A model generated the notes under the pieces. The model searched no databases. It worked only from the letters and a program-made list of their open reading frames with translations, and had not been told where the DNA came from. Below, piece after piece: positions 36,235 through 45,408 of a stretch of DNA of 64,000 bases (position 1 is the stretch's first letter; each line of letters starts with the position of its first letter). Origin of the DNA: a virus; IMG/VR virus record IMGVR_UViG_3300010316_000005, positions 1 through 64,000 of that record. One strand, 5' to 3'. A program made the position numbers and the translations under genes.

Positions 36235-36886
36235 ATCTGTTTTTATACAATTTGTTAGGATTATACCTAACAGCCCAAAATAGTCCGCTGCGGTTTATCC
36301 CTAGCGGACTTATTTTTTCTTCAAAATTATGTCTATTGAACATTGTCCGTTCTCCAGTGTGCATGTCTAGTAGTACATAATCTTTAACAGGAATTGGTCG
36401 AATTTCGTTTCGACGCTTAACTCCTTCTGAAATCTTTTTAGAAACTTTTTTAGAGGTAGTATTACCGTAATTCCAGTGGCTTTTTCCAGTCATGCGATCT
36501 ATGTGTTGAGCCACTCTTTCTTTGTCATCTTTCCAGCCGTGTCCTTTCTTTGCTTTAGAAATGTTTGCCTTTGTTTCTTTTGACATTACCCAGCCAGCAT
36601 TGCCATCGCCGCCGTCTGTTTTATTATGTAATATGCCAGTACCGTTGTCTATGCGCCCATGCCATCTTATTAGGCGCCGTTCTAATGCTAACGCGCCTAC
36701 ATCTGTTAGATTAGATTCTAAGATGAAAATATTCGAAAAGTCTTTTTTTGGAAATATAGTTCTGTCTGATCTAGCCCATGCTCGTTTACCACATCCTTTA
36801 CCTATGTAATAAGGTGTTCCGTTATCTCTTATGTAAGCATAGACGTAAAAATCTTTAGGCAAGTTGTTTTTAGAGTAAATATTCAT
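36221..36886 (-). CDS. GIY-YIG homing endonuclease
   Basis: FYVYAYIRDNGTPYYIGKG..R, LHNKTDGGDG, SKETKANIS; tail-to-tail overlap. Confidence 0.8.
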   Translation of the reverse strand: MNIYSKNNLPKDFYVYAYIRDNGTPYYIGKGCGKRAWARSDRTIFPKKDFSNIFILESNLTDVGALALERRLIRWHGRIDNGTGILHNKTDGGDGNAGWVMSKETKANISKAKKGHGWKDDKERVAQHIDRMTGKSHWNYGNTTSKKVSKKISEGVKRRNEIRPIPVKDYVLLDMHTGERTMFNRHNFEEKISPLGINRSGLFWAVRYNPNKLYKNRFTLI

Positions 36887-36963
36887 GCTGATAGTTCCTT
36901 TTAAAATTCAACTGTTAGAGTAGTCAGGTACGCCAATACCGTGGACTACACTTATATTTATAC
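36887..36963 (-). ncRNA. putative structured cis-regulatory leader RNA of HEG (copy 2)
   Basis: TATAAATA then GTAGTC..GGTA-TTGGCG-TACC..GACTAC; homologous to 6166-6247. Confidence 0.6.
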
Positions 36964-36980
36964 AAAAGATATAAAAGAAC

Positions 36981-37043
36981 AGGGAAGATGTTCTTAAACC
37001 CGCAGACTGGAAAGCACCTGAACTAGCACCTTTCCTAAAATAA
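36981..37043 (+). pseudogene. relic 3' end of the MazG-like gene
   Basis: REDVLKPADWKAPELAPFLK* vs current REDGKVLKGPNWVPPNLEPFLSKLK*. Confidence 0.85.
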
Positions 37044-37099
37044 CCGTTGACTCCTTGTAATTTTTATGCTATAGTGTAATGAATTACAAGGAGACTTTT

Positions 37100-37636
37100 A
37101 TGGCCACACACGGCACAATCGACTTAGAGACGCTAGACGTTATTCCGACAGCAACCATACTCAGCTTAGGTGCTGTTAAATTTGATCCGTTCTCTAACGC
37201 AGAACCACATTCAGAATTATATCTTAAAATTTCAATCGACGAACAAGACGCTCTTGGTTGTACTGTCGCCGACAGTACAATCGAATGGTGGGGCAAACAA
37301 GATCCTGAAATTATGGAAGAAGCGTTTGACCAGAACGGCGCAGTGTCAGTTGAAGAAGCACTGCGTCAAGTTAGCAAATGGGCAGTGGGAGTAGATGAAT
37401 TTTGGGGACAGGGGTACGGCTTTGACTTCACAATTCTCGAAGATATGTATCGCAAAGTAGGGAAGCCTATTCCATGGCAGTTTTGGCAAGTAATGGACAG
37501 TCGTACTATTACAACGCGTATGCCACGTGATCCACGCAAAGATATGCAGACCAGCTTGCACAATGCACTTGCTGACGCATACTTTCAGGCAAAGTCAATT
37601 CAAATTATTTTTAAACATAACGGGTGGACTAAATGA
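37100..37636 (+). CDS. DEDDh 3'-5' exonuclease
   Basis: IDLETL, FDF.IL, DSRT, HNALADA; promoter TTGACT-17-TATAGT at 37047-37075. Confidence 0.85.
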   Translation: MATHGTIDLETLDVIPTATILSLGAVKFDPFSNAEPHSELYLKISIDEQDALGCTVADSTIEWWGKQDPEIMEEAFDQNGAVSVEEALRQVSKWAVGVDEFWGQGYGFDFTILEDMYRKVGKPIPWQFWQVMDSRTITTRMPRDPRKDMQTSLHNALADAYFQAKSIQIIFKHNGWTK

Positions 37637-37821
37637 ATCCTGTCAGCAGAACATTAAGCGATGAAGAACAAAAATTAATCGACGACTATATCAAAAAAGG
37701 CGGCAACGTTACACAGTGTGACAAGTATGCAGTATCTGAAGAGATTGAATATACTGGTGGGTTCTACCAAAAGCGTAAGCGTAAAAAAGAGGCAGAGGCC
37801 AAAGATGACGACAAAGGTTGA
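37633..37821 (+). CDS. small hypothetical protein
   Basis: IDDYIKKGGNVTQC. Confidence 0.65.
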   Translation: MNPVSRTLSDEEQKLIDDYIKKGGNVTQCDKYAVSEEIEYTGGFYQKRKRKKEAEAKDDDKG

Positions 37822-37987
37822 TCTAACTGATTTCAATTTAACTCCTGATGATGCAGTCAATGCTCTTTTATGGATAATTGAAAATCAAGGACCACTGGGC
37901 AAGAAGAGAAAGTTTAGCGATCTAAAAATTGTTGAGTTCGAGGATGGCCGCGAAGCAACACATTTCATACTTAGATGGAGTAAGTAA
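37805..37987 (+). CDS. F-x-L-R-W family small protein
   Basis: ends FEDGREATHFILRWS. Confidence 0.65.
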   Translation: MTTKVDLTDFNLTPDDAVNALLWIIENQGPLGKKRKFSDLKIVEFEDGREATHFILRWSK

Positions 37988-37988
37988 G

Positions 37989-38201
37989 ATGGTAAAATGG
38001 TGGGACTGGATTATTGCCTTTGTTTGGGCAGGTATAATGATGGCACTCTTAGCCAAAGGGGTTACTGCTCCTACTTGGTGGGAACCACTCTTCTACGGTT
38101 TTGTTACTGGAATGGTTTACAGATTTTGGCGTGACTACTATTGCATTTATCGACTGGCATGGGAGATTGTAAAAAATGACAAACATATTCGAAGAATGTA
38201 A
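37989..38201 (+). CDS. small membrane protein
   Basis: MVKWWDW, two hydrophobic segments. Confidence 0.55.
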   Translation: MVKWWDWIIAFVWAGIMMALLAKGVTAPTWWEPLFYGFVTGMVYRFWRDYYCIYRLAWEIVKNDKHIRRM

Positions 38202-38385
38202 GTGTCCAACTGAATACAGCATTGAGCCGCACGGAGATGGCTTTGCGCTCTATCTCGGGCGTTGTGGCCATCGACACGGGTACAATTTAATTAATATGAA
38301 AGAGCCGGCGTGGAATTTTGATGCCGAGCATCTCTCACGTTTGCTAAATATCGGCGCAGAACATTATAAAGAGGAAAATGAATGA
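38176..38385 (+). CDS. hypothetical protein
   Basis: GGAG RBS, coupled to the clamp loader. Confidence 0.6.
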   Translation: MTNIFEECKCPTEYSIEPHGDGFALYLGRCGHRHGYNLINMKEPAWNFDAEHLSRLLNIGAEHYKEENE

Positions 38386-39302
38386 AGAACTTATGGGTAG
38401 AATCATACCGTCCACACACACTAGACGGTTATGTATTTAAAGACGACTCTCAAAAAGATCAGATCAAAAGTTGGATTAAAGCAGGTACAATTCCGCATTT
38501 GCTACTAAGTGGCAGTGCAGGAATCGGCAAAACAACTATTGCTAAGATTCTGATCAATCAGCTTGATGTACAAGAGCATGATGTACTGTACGCCAACGGA
38601 TCAAAAGAGGGTAGAAAGATTGAATGGGTCGACAAGCTGATTATGTTCTGTCAGACTATGCCGTTTGGCGATTATAAGATTGTGCTCATTGACGAAGCTG
38701 ACTATATGAACTTGCACTCTGTACAGCCTGCGTTGCGCAACTTGATGGAAGAGTACAGCTCTAGCGTAAGGTTTATTCTAACGTGCAACTATCCAAACAA
38801 GCTCATGCCAGCTATTCATAGTAGATGTCAGCATATGCACTTTGAAAAGATTGACAAGACAGAGTTTACTGCTCGTGTTGCAGAAATTCTTATCACTGAA
38901 GGTGTTGAGTTTAAACTCGATGTCCTCGACAGCTACGTTAAAGCGTACTACCCAGACCTAAGAAAAGCAATCAATACTGTACAGCTAAACAGCCAAACTA
39001 ACACATTGGTTAGTGCAGCAGCAAGTGGGAACAGCGCAGACTATCATCTACAGATGGTTGATTTATTTAAAGCAGGCAAAGTCGCCGAAGCAAGAAAACT
39101 AATTTGTTCGCAAGTACAGCCGGAAGAGATTGACGAAATCTATCGTTGGTTATATACTAACATTGACTTGTTTGGCGACACTGAAGACCAACAAGATGAT
39201 GCTGTCCTAATTATTAAACAGGGCATTGTCGATCACGCACTAGTAGCTGATCCAGAGATCAACCTAAGTGCAACACTTATTCAGCTAGGAAGAATAAAAT
39301 GA
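38382..39302 (+). CDS. clamp loader AAA+ subunit (gp44/RFC-small-like)
   Basis: LWVESYRP, GSAGIGKTT, IDEAD, FILTCNY, SRC. Confidence 0.92.
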   Translation: MKNLWVESYRPHTLDGYVFKDDSQKDQIKSWIKAGTIPHLLLSGSAGIGKTTIAKILINQLDVQEHDVLYANGSKEGRKIEWVDKLIMFCQTMPFGDYKIVLIDEADYMNLHSVQPALRNLMEEYSSSVRFILTCNYPNKLMPAIHSRCQHMHFEKIDKTEFTARVAEILITEGVEFKLDVLDSYVKAYYPDLRKAINTVQLNSQTNTLVSAAASGNSADYHLQMVDLFKAGKVAEARKLICSQVQPEEIDEIYRWLYTNIDLFGDTEDQQDDAVLIIKQGIVDHALVADPEINLSATLIQLGRIK

Positions 39303-39559
39303 GCAGGCGGCAGCGACTACTAAAGCAACATATGGTTTCGGTATCTATGCAAGCGTTGTATATGGTATTGGCAATTGTAACTGCTGGTGTCGCTGCTTTT
39401 TCGATGTACGCAGGATCTGCTTTGATATTTATATTTTATGTCGCAGCGATGGTAGTCGGCGCTGGCGGCATAGTGTTTCAAATTTGGGGAAGTGTAATTC
39501 TCAAAGAACACGCACAGGACTACACTTTAAACAGTTTAAAAGGAGATTACGATGAGTAG
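39299..39559 (+). CDS. 2-TM membrane protein
   Basis: hydrophobic; ends NSLKGD. Confidence 0.65.
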   Translation: MSRRQRLLKQHMVSVSMQALYMVLAIVTAGVAAFSMYAGSALIFIFYVAAMVVGAGGIVFQIWGSVILKEHAQDYTLNSLKGDYDE

Positions 39560-39830
39560 AGTTTGGAGGAGAGTTTTCAAGAAACTAGGAAAGGGCCTGT
39601 GGATTTTTAGTAAATTTTTTGCCGGTTGGGCAGCAGGATGCGCAGTAACAATTGGGGCACTTTACTTAGTTGGTGTTCGAAACCCGGACGCACTGTATAC
39701 TATCGGATCACTTACTCCGATTATTATTGGTTTCGTATACATCATTGTTAAAGAAATGTACACTGACGCAAGGGACGAAGTAGAGCGCGAAAATCGCCGG
39801 ATGATGAATAGCATTAGTGGAAAATATTAA
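39552..39830 (+). CDS. 2-TM membrane protein, paralog of 40187
   Basis: MSRVW..EVERENRRMMNSI. Confidence 0.7.
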   Translation: MSRVWRRVFKKLGKGLWIFSKFFAGWAAGCAVTIGALYLVGVRNPDALYTIGSLTPIIIGFVYIIVKEMYTDARDEVERENRRMMNSISGKY

Positions 39831-40184
39831 ATGACCTACCTAGTAACTGACAACTGCATACGCTGTAAACACATGGACTGTGTAGCAGTATGTCCAGTAG
39901 ATTGCTTTTACGAAGGCGAAAATATGTTAGTCATTGACCCCGTTGAATGTATCGACTGCGGTGTGTGCGAACCCGAATGTCCTGTTAACGCTATTGTTCC
40001 TGACAATGAGTTAAAAGGCGATAACTTGGCTAAATGGCTGAAGATTAATACCGACTACGCAGCAGAATGGCCTAACATTACACAAGTACGAGAAGAGGAT
40101 CGACCTGCTGATAGAGAAGAGTGGGACGGCGTTCCGAACAAGTATGAAGATCACTTTTCAACAGAACCCGGACAGGGAGACTAA
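39831..40184 (+). CDS. fdxA: 7Fe ferredoxin
   Basis: [38 protein letters not shown]. Confidence 0.92.
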   Translation: MTYLVTDNCIRCKHMDCVAVCPVDCFYEGENMLVIDPVECIDCGVCEPECPVNAIVPDNELKGDNLAKWLKINTDYAAEWPNITQVREEDRPADREEWDGVPNKYEDHFSTEPGQGD

Positions 40185-40186
40185 CG

Positions 40187-40495
40187 ATGAAACGAGTATG
40201 GATGAAGTTTTTACAGAAGGCCGGAGCAAGTTTATGGAAGACATTTTTACCTGTATTAGGAACGTTATTTGTAGTAGCAATATATCTTGGATTGGCGGTT
40301 GGGATTTCTTTTAGCTTACAGTTTGTTTTCCCCGGAGGACCAATTGGCTTTTTTCTATTAATTAGTTTGGCGCTACCTATGATAACCGGAATGGCAATAT
40401 ACAACGGGCGCAAGTTATATGCCGAGGCGAAAAAAGAAGTCGAGCGTGAAAATAAAAGAATGATGGCTAGTATAAAAGGCGATACTTATGATTAG
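40187..40495 (+). CDS. 2-TM membrane protein, paralog of 39552
   Basis: MKRVW..EVERENKRMMASIKGD. Confidence 0.7.
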   Translation: MKRVWMKFLQKAGASLWKTFLPVLGTLFVVAIYLGLAVGISFSLQFVFPGGPIGFFLLISLALPMITGMAIYNGRKLYAEAKKEVERENKRMMASIKGDTYD

Positions 40496-40970
40496 AGCTA
40501 TACTCGCGTGTGACGATAATTGGGGGATCGGGAAGAACAATGATCTTCCTTGGCCGCACAATCCTGCTGACTTAAAATGGTTTAAAGAATCAACTGATGG
40601 CGGAGTTGTGGTTATGGGCAGGAACACTTGGGATAGCTTGCCTAAGCAGCCGTTGCCCAACAGACGCAATGTTATATTGTCATCGTCGATAGGCAAAATA
40701 CGATCACCATTTATAGAAGTTATTAAACCCGACATCTTTGGCTCTAGAATAAATGTACTCGAGCAGGAAGATGCACCAGTTTGGTTTATTGGCGGAGCAC
40801 ATCTTATTAATAGTTATCTTAGAATCATAGATGAAATCTGGCTCAGTCGAATTGCTGGCAACTATAACTGTGATGTTTTTCTGCCCCGTACGGCAATTGA
40901 GCTTGCCTACGAGTTACAGAGTAGCGAAAGCAATAACGGAGTTCATATAGAAAAATGGGTAAAAGTATAA
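40488..40970 (+). CDS. folA: dihydrofolate reductase
   Basis: IGKNNDLPW..DLKWFK..VVMGRNTWDSL..PLPNR..IGG. Confidence 0.95.
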   Translation: MIRAILACDDNWGIGKNNDLPWPHNPADLKWFKESTDGGVVVMGRNTWDSLPKQPLPNRRNVILSSSIGKIRSPFIEVIKPDIFGSRINVLEQEDAPVWFIGGAHLINSYLRIIDEIWLSRIAGNYNCDVFLPRTAIELAYELQSSESNNGVHIEKWVKV

Positions 40971-40983
40971 AAAAAGGAATAAA

Positions 40984-41850
40984 ATGAAAGAATATTTAGA
41001 CGCACTAGAATTTATATTAACTAACGGTAAAGACCGTGGCGACAGAACAGGAACCGGTACACGCGGAGTATTTGGATATCAAATGCGTTTCAACTTGCGT
41101 AAAGAATTCCCAGCAGTAACTACAAAGAAGCTAGCGTGGAAGTCAGTAGTCGGAGAGCTACTTTGGATGTTAGAAGGCAGCTCAGACGAGCGCAGGCTTG
41201 CAGAGATTACATTCGAAAAGCCACGTGAAGAATTAATCGGCAAGAATACCATTTGGACTGCTAATGCCGACAAGCAAGCCAAGGACCTTGGTTATGTTAA
41301 TACCGACACCGAAAAAGATCTTGGTCCTGTTTACGGACATCAATGGCGTAGTTGGGATGCACAACTTGGCTTTGTAGATCAAATTGCAGAAGTACTGGAT
41401 CAAATGTATTACGATCCGAACAGTCGCAGACATATTGTTAGTGCGTGGAACCCTGATAAAGTGGGCGTAATGGCATTGCCGCCTTGTCATGCAATGTTTC
41501 AATTTCACATACAAGACGGTGAACTAAGTTGTCAACTGTATCAAAGGTCAGTTGATGCACCACTTGGTTTGCCATTTAATATTGCTAGTTACAGTTTGTT
41601 AACACATATGTTTGCCCAATTACTCGGGTTAAAGGTTGGTGAATTTATCCATACCTCTGGCGATTTACACATCTATCAGAATCAAATAGAAAGAGTAAAA
41701 GAACAGCTTACAAGAGAACCTCTTCCAGGGCCGACGTTAGAAATGCCTAAATTTTCAAATTTAGACGAGTTAATAAAAACAACACCGAGTCAATATAAGT
41801 TGATAAATTATCAACATCACCCTGAAATTAAGATACCGTTTGCTGTATAG
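40984..41850 (+). CDS. thyA: thymidylate synthase
   Basis: DRTGTGT, LGPVYG.QW, LPPCH, YQRSVD..LGLPFN, GDLHIY. Confidence 0.97.
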   Translation: MKEYLDALEFILTNGKDRGDRTGTGTRGVFGYQMRFNLRKEFPAVTTKKLAWKSVVGELLWMLEGSSDERRLAEITFEKPREELIGKNTIWTANADKQAKDLGYVNTDTEKDLGPVYGHQWRSWDAQLGFVDQIAEVLDQMYYDPNSRRHIVSAWNPDKVGVMALPPCHAMFQFHIQDGELSCQLYQRSVDAPLGLPFNIASYSLLTHMFAQLLGLKVGEFIHTSGDLHIYQNQIERVKEQLTREPLPGPTLEMPKFSNLDELIKTTPSQYKLINYQHHPEIKIPFAV

Positions 41851-41856
41851 TTTTTC

Positions 41857-41895
41857 TTGCTGTTCCTTTCAATAAGATAAAGAAAGGAACAGCAA
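41857..41895 (+). promoter_or_regulatory. RBS-sequestering hairpin of HEG
   Basis: Perfect 14-bp IR TTGCTGTTCCTTTC / GAAAGGAACAGCAA covering the SD and the A of ATG. Confidence 0.8.
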
Positions 41896-42704
41896 TGCAA
41901 GGAATATATTATATAGAAAATACTAAAACTCAGCGTAGATATTATGGGAGTTCATTTGATATAGTAAAAAGACTAACGCAACACCGACAAGACTTAGAAA
42001 AAGGAAAACATCATAATATACAACTACAAAGAACTTATAACAAGCATGGAAACATATTTCGTTATGTAACGTTAAAAGAGACTAATTTTAATACTCGAGA
42101 AGAACTATTAGAATATGAACAGACATTTTTAGATAAAAACATCAATGGCTATAACATGGCACCCGCAAACGGCGGCAATATCCTAGGGGCACATCCAAAT
42201 AAAGATCAAATTAGAGAAAAAATTATAAAAACTCATAGTGACACTTTGAAAAGTATGAGCATTGAAGAAAAAAAGAAAAAATTTGGTCGTCCTAAAACTA
42301 AAAATGGAAACTGGAAACAAGGAGCAACTGTTAACATTTGTCCTAACTGCAATAGTTCAATGGGGTATTATGCAAAAACTTGCGGAGAATGCAGAGACAG
42401 AACAAAAGATAATAATCCGTTTTATAGAAAGTCGCACACTGATAAAACTAAATCTATTTTAAGAGAAAAACTGTCAGGCGAAAATTCGTGGATTAAAAAC
42501 ATTGATCCTAGTGAATTGCCTTATACAAAACAATATGTAATAGAATATCCCACCGGATTCTTAAAAGAAGTATATGGCCTAAAAACTATAGCAGAAGAAT
42601 TTAATACAAGTATAGCAAATTTACACGCAACAATAAATCGTATGAGACAAGGAAAAATTCCAACAAGGGGAACTTTTAAAGGAATGAATATCTATGAAAA
42701 ATAA
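41895..42704 (+). CDS. GIY-YIG homing endonuclease (Zn finger, NUMOD3)
   Basis: GIYYI..YYGSS..R..H, GYN, CPNC..CGEC, NPFYRKSHT. Confidence 0.88.
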   Translation: MQGIYYIENTKTQRRYYGSSFDIVKRLTQHRQDLEKGKHHNIQLQRTYNKHGNIFRYVTLKETNFNTREELLEYEQTFLDKNINGYNMAPANGGNILGAHPNKDQIREKIIKTHSDTLKSMSIEEKKKKFGRPKTKNGNWKQGATVNICPNCNSSMGYYAKTCGECRDRTKDNNPFYRKSHTDKTKSILREKLSGENSWIKNIDPSELPYTKQYVIEYPTGFLKEVYGLKTIAEEFNTSIANLHATINRMRQGKIPTRGTFKGMNIYEK

Positions 42705-42756
42705 ATTAATTGGGTATATCCCAATGGATAGCATAAAGGCGCCAATGGCAGTATGA
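42694..42756 (+). pseudogene. relic 3' end of thyA
   Basis: KLIGYIPMDSIKAPMAV* vs current KLINYQHHPEIKIPFAV*; TGA overlaps ATG 42753. Confidence 0.85.
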
Positions 42757-42998
42757 CCGAGGTAGTAACAAACATCGACTATGTTGAGAAATTTGCTTAC
42801 TTGCCTACGCAGGTCTCTAGTGGCGAAAGGGTGTGGTGGGATTATTATTGGATAAAAATAGTATCCTACGATCCTTCTTTAAAAATTGCGATTGATCAGG
42901 GATACGATTACTACTTAGCTAGTAAGCACATACGACTTTCATCTCGAGATAAAGAAAAAGATGAAATGTGGAGAGCAATAACCGATGATGGGAGTTAA
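42753..42998 (+). CDS. hypothetical protein, paralog of next ORF
   Basis: KFAYLPT..SGERVWW..Y. Confidence 0.65.
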   Translation: MTEVVTNIDYVEKFAYLPTQVSSGERVWWDYYWIKIVSYDPSLKIAIDQGYDYYLASKHIRLSSRDKEKDEMWRAITDDGS

Positions 42999-42999
42999 C

Positions 43000-43272
43000 A
43001 TGGGATATCGACCAGTAAGGGCGCATACAACAACGCGCAAGTTTGCCTGGAGACCAATAAGAACTGGTTCGGGAAAATGGGTATTTTGGAAACACTATTA
43101 CCGACAATCAGAATTATCAGACGGGTCAGGTACAGAATACCGAAGCTATCGATATATAAATATTACCGAAAATGAATATTTGATTTATCAAATACAAAAT
43201 TCAGAACGACCAAGGACCCCACCTGTAGATTTTTTCTTTAAATCAAGAAGAGGTCCTCGGCCTGGTTATTGA
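43000..43272 (+). CDS. hypothetical protein
   Basis: KFAWRPI..SGKWVFW..Y; GGAG RBS supports ATG 43000. Confidence 0.6.
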   Translation: MGYRPVRAHTTTRKFAWRPIRTGSGKWVFWKHYYRQSELSDGSGTEYRSYRYINITENEYLIYQIQNSERPRTPPVDFFFKSRRGPRPGY

Positions 43273-43998
43273 TTACTCGTCGCCGTAAATGTCGAGTACC
43301 TCTTTAACTGCTTCATGACGTTCAACGTCTTTTCTTTCAAAGTGAATCATTTCAATTCTCTGAGAATGTTTGTTTTCATAGTGACGTATGAAATCTACAA
43401 GACCATTATCCTTTAGTCGATCTGCTTGATACAAGTCACCTGTTACTGCCATATACGAATCATTACCTAATCGTGTTAGTAACATCTTCATTTGACTTGG
43501 TGTTGCATTTTGCATTTCGTCTGCAATAATGTATGCGTTTTTGAACGTTCTTCCTCGCATATATGATAGCGGAGCAATTTCAATAACTCCTTCTGCGATC
43601 ATACCTGTAATTTCTCTTGAGTCAAAATACTCACGTAGCACATCAAAAATCGGGCGCGTCCACGGCGCCATCTTTTCTTCAAGAGTACCCGGAAGGGCTC
43701 CTAAATCTTCGTCAACTGATACTGCTGGTCTTGTAACAATGATCTTGTCGACTAGTCCTTCTTTGAAACTTTTTACTGCTACTTGCACAGCTAATAGTGT
43801 TTTACCTGTTCCTGCTGGTCCAATTCCAAAGACTATGTCTTTACCCGGATCCAATAGATTTAACACGTAGGTTTCCTGATTTAAATTTCTTGGAAGTATT
43901 GATACTACTGTTTTCTTTTTTTGAAAAGAATTAATGTTAACTACGTTCTCTTTGTAGTTGTTACGAGGTTGCTTTCTCGAAGCTCTAGCTTTACCCAT
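43273..43998 (-). CDS. phoH: PhoH-family ATPase
   Basis: GPAGTGKT, TRPAV, LPG, YMRGRT, ADEMQN, GD..Q.D. Confidence 0.95.
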   Translation of the reverse strand: MGKARASRKQPRNNYKENVVNINSFQKKKTVVSILPRNLNQETYVLNLLDPGKDIVFGIGPAGTGKTLLAVQVAVKSFKEGLVDKIIVTRPAVSVDEDLGALPGTLEEKMAPWTRPIFDVLREYFDSREITGMIAEGVIEIAPLSYMRGRTFKNAYIIADEMQNATPSQMKMLLTRLGNDSYMAVTGDLYQADRLKDNGLVDFIRHYENKHSQRIEMIHFERKDVERHEAVKEVLDIYGDE

Positions 43999-44149
43999 TA
44001 AGTGTCCTCCTTAGGGAAATGTGTAAGGACGAAGTCGCTAAGGACTATGCGCCCTTACAAATGTATTTATCCCCATTTTGTAATCGTTAAAAGATCACTT
44101 AACTTTTTAATTGCGATAAATAAGTATAATAAAAGTAGGTACAACCATT

Positions 44150-44692
44150 ATGCATGACGTTCTAGACATTATTAATAACATAGAAGGTATATACGAATCA
44201 GATACTGCTTTCCAAGTTCTCAAAGATTTTGAAAGAGTACTTGACGAGCTTGACATCTACGTATATAAAAACTGGGAAACAGGCGAATTGGCCGAAGGCC
44301 CTAAGATTGAAAGACACTGGGTTACATGCACGTTTATGTGGCCTAAGGAAGAAATGCCCGACCCAATGGGCGGCAAGCGTTTGCTTGATTATGACTGCAA
44401 AGTCAAGTATATCAAGTCAAGTTTAATGACTCCGAGAAAAATTATGAAGCCAGACGATATGCGCCCTGGTACTAAAAAAGGTAAGATTGACCTAGCGCCA
44501 ATATGGCTTGTGCAAATACAAATGCCAAAAAAATTGATTGCTGATATATATTCAGGATATATTGAAGAACTAATGCAAGAACCAGCCCAAGAAGTATCAG
44601 TGACAAGTCAAACTGAAGAGCCGGATGACTTAGCAATGGATGAGCCGGAACTAGGTGCAGGCGAAGAGCCAGGTGGCGAGGATCTACTATGA
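44150..44692 (+). CDS. conserved late hypothetical protein
   Basis: GATAAATA upstream; DFERVLDE..NW..GE..GP. Confidence 0.8.
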   Translation: MHDVLDIINNIEGIYESDTAFQVLKDFERVLDELDIYVYKNWETGELAEGPKIERHWVTCTFMWPKEEMPDPMGGKRLLDYDCKVKYIKSSLMTPRKIMKPDDMRPGTKKGKIDLAPIWLVQIQMPKKLIADIYSGYIEELMQEPAQEVSVTSQTEEPDDLAMDEPELGAGEEPGGEDLL

Positions 44693-45408
44693 CATTAAGA
44701 AACGGCGACCTTAGAGATTTAGTATATCACATTCTTGAAATTGATTCGTACAAGTCTAAAATGGGCTCGGACGAAGATATCATTACTCTTAGCTTTAGTG
44801 CTAAAACAAAAGAGTCAGCTGACGACCTAGCTGACTTTATTGAAAAGGGTTACGACTTTGTGCTAGATGCCGACGCTACTCCTGGTGAACAAAGCGATGG
44901 CACATATAAAGTGTTTGTTGAGATTGAGCGCGAGCGCGGTGCTGCACAAAACATTACAGAATTGTCATACGGCATAAGTGAACTAACTGGGTTAGACAAC
45001 CTTAAATTCCGTTACTACAAAGACTGGAAAAGCCAACCACTAGACGAAGTATCCCTGGAAGCAGCTATACCAGTTGACAGAGATAATTACGGAATGAAGG
45101 TTAATGAGTCAAATCTTAACAACTATTCAAACTTTTTTAATAAAAGCTTTTTAGAGTCAGTTGATATGTTTGACAACATACTGCGAATCAAAAAGGCTTG
45201 GGCAGAGCCTGTATTTTTTCAAGTTATCGAATTTGGAAATAAAACTGAAATACTAAACAACCTGTCTGAAAGCTTAAACGTAAACGAATGGGCCGAAATC
45301 ATTTTCCTAACAAAGTACATAGGCGACTATGACATTACCAAATACGGTGATAAAATCGTTGTAGAAAATAACAGAAAAGTATTAGTAGCAAAAAGGATTG
45401 TTACCTAA
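44689..45408 (+). CDS. conserved late hypothetical protein
   Basis: IDSYKSKMG..FIEKGY.FVLDAD..GE. Confidence 0.8.
   Translation: MTLRNGDLRDLVYHILEIDSYKSKMGSDEDIITLSFSAKTKESADDLADFIEKGYDFVLDADATPGEQSDGTYKVFVEIERERGAAQNITELSYGISELTGLDNLKFRYYKDWKSQPLDEVSLEAAIPVDRDNYGMKVNESNLNNYSNFFNKSFLESVDMFDNILRIKKAWAEPVFFQVIEFGNKTEILNNLSESLNVNEWAEIIFLTKYIGDYDITKYGDKIVVENNRKVLVAKRIVT

Noticed and set aside
41851-42756. Group I intron in thyA
   Set aside because: thyA is complete before the HEG and the flanks (44 nt and none) leave no room for a ribozyme core. Four of the other HEGs are antisense.
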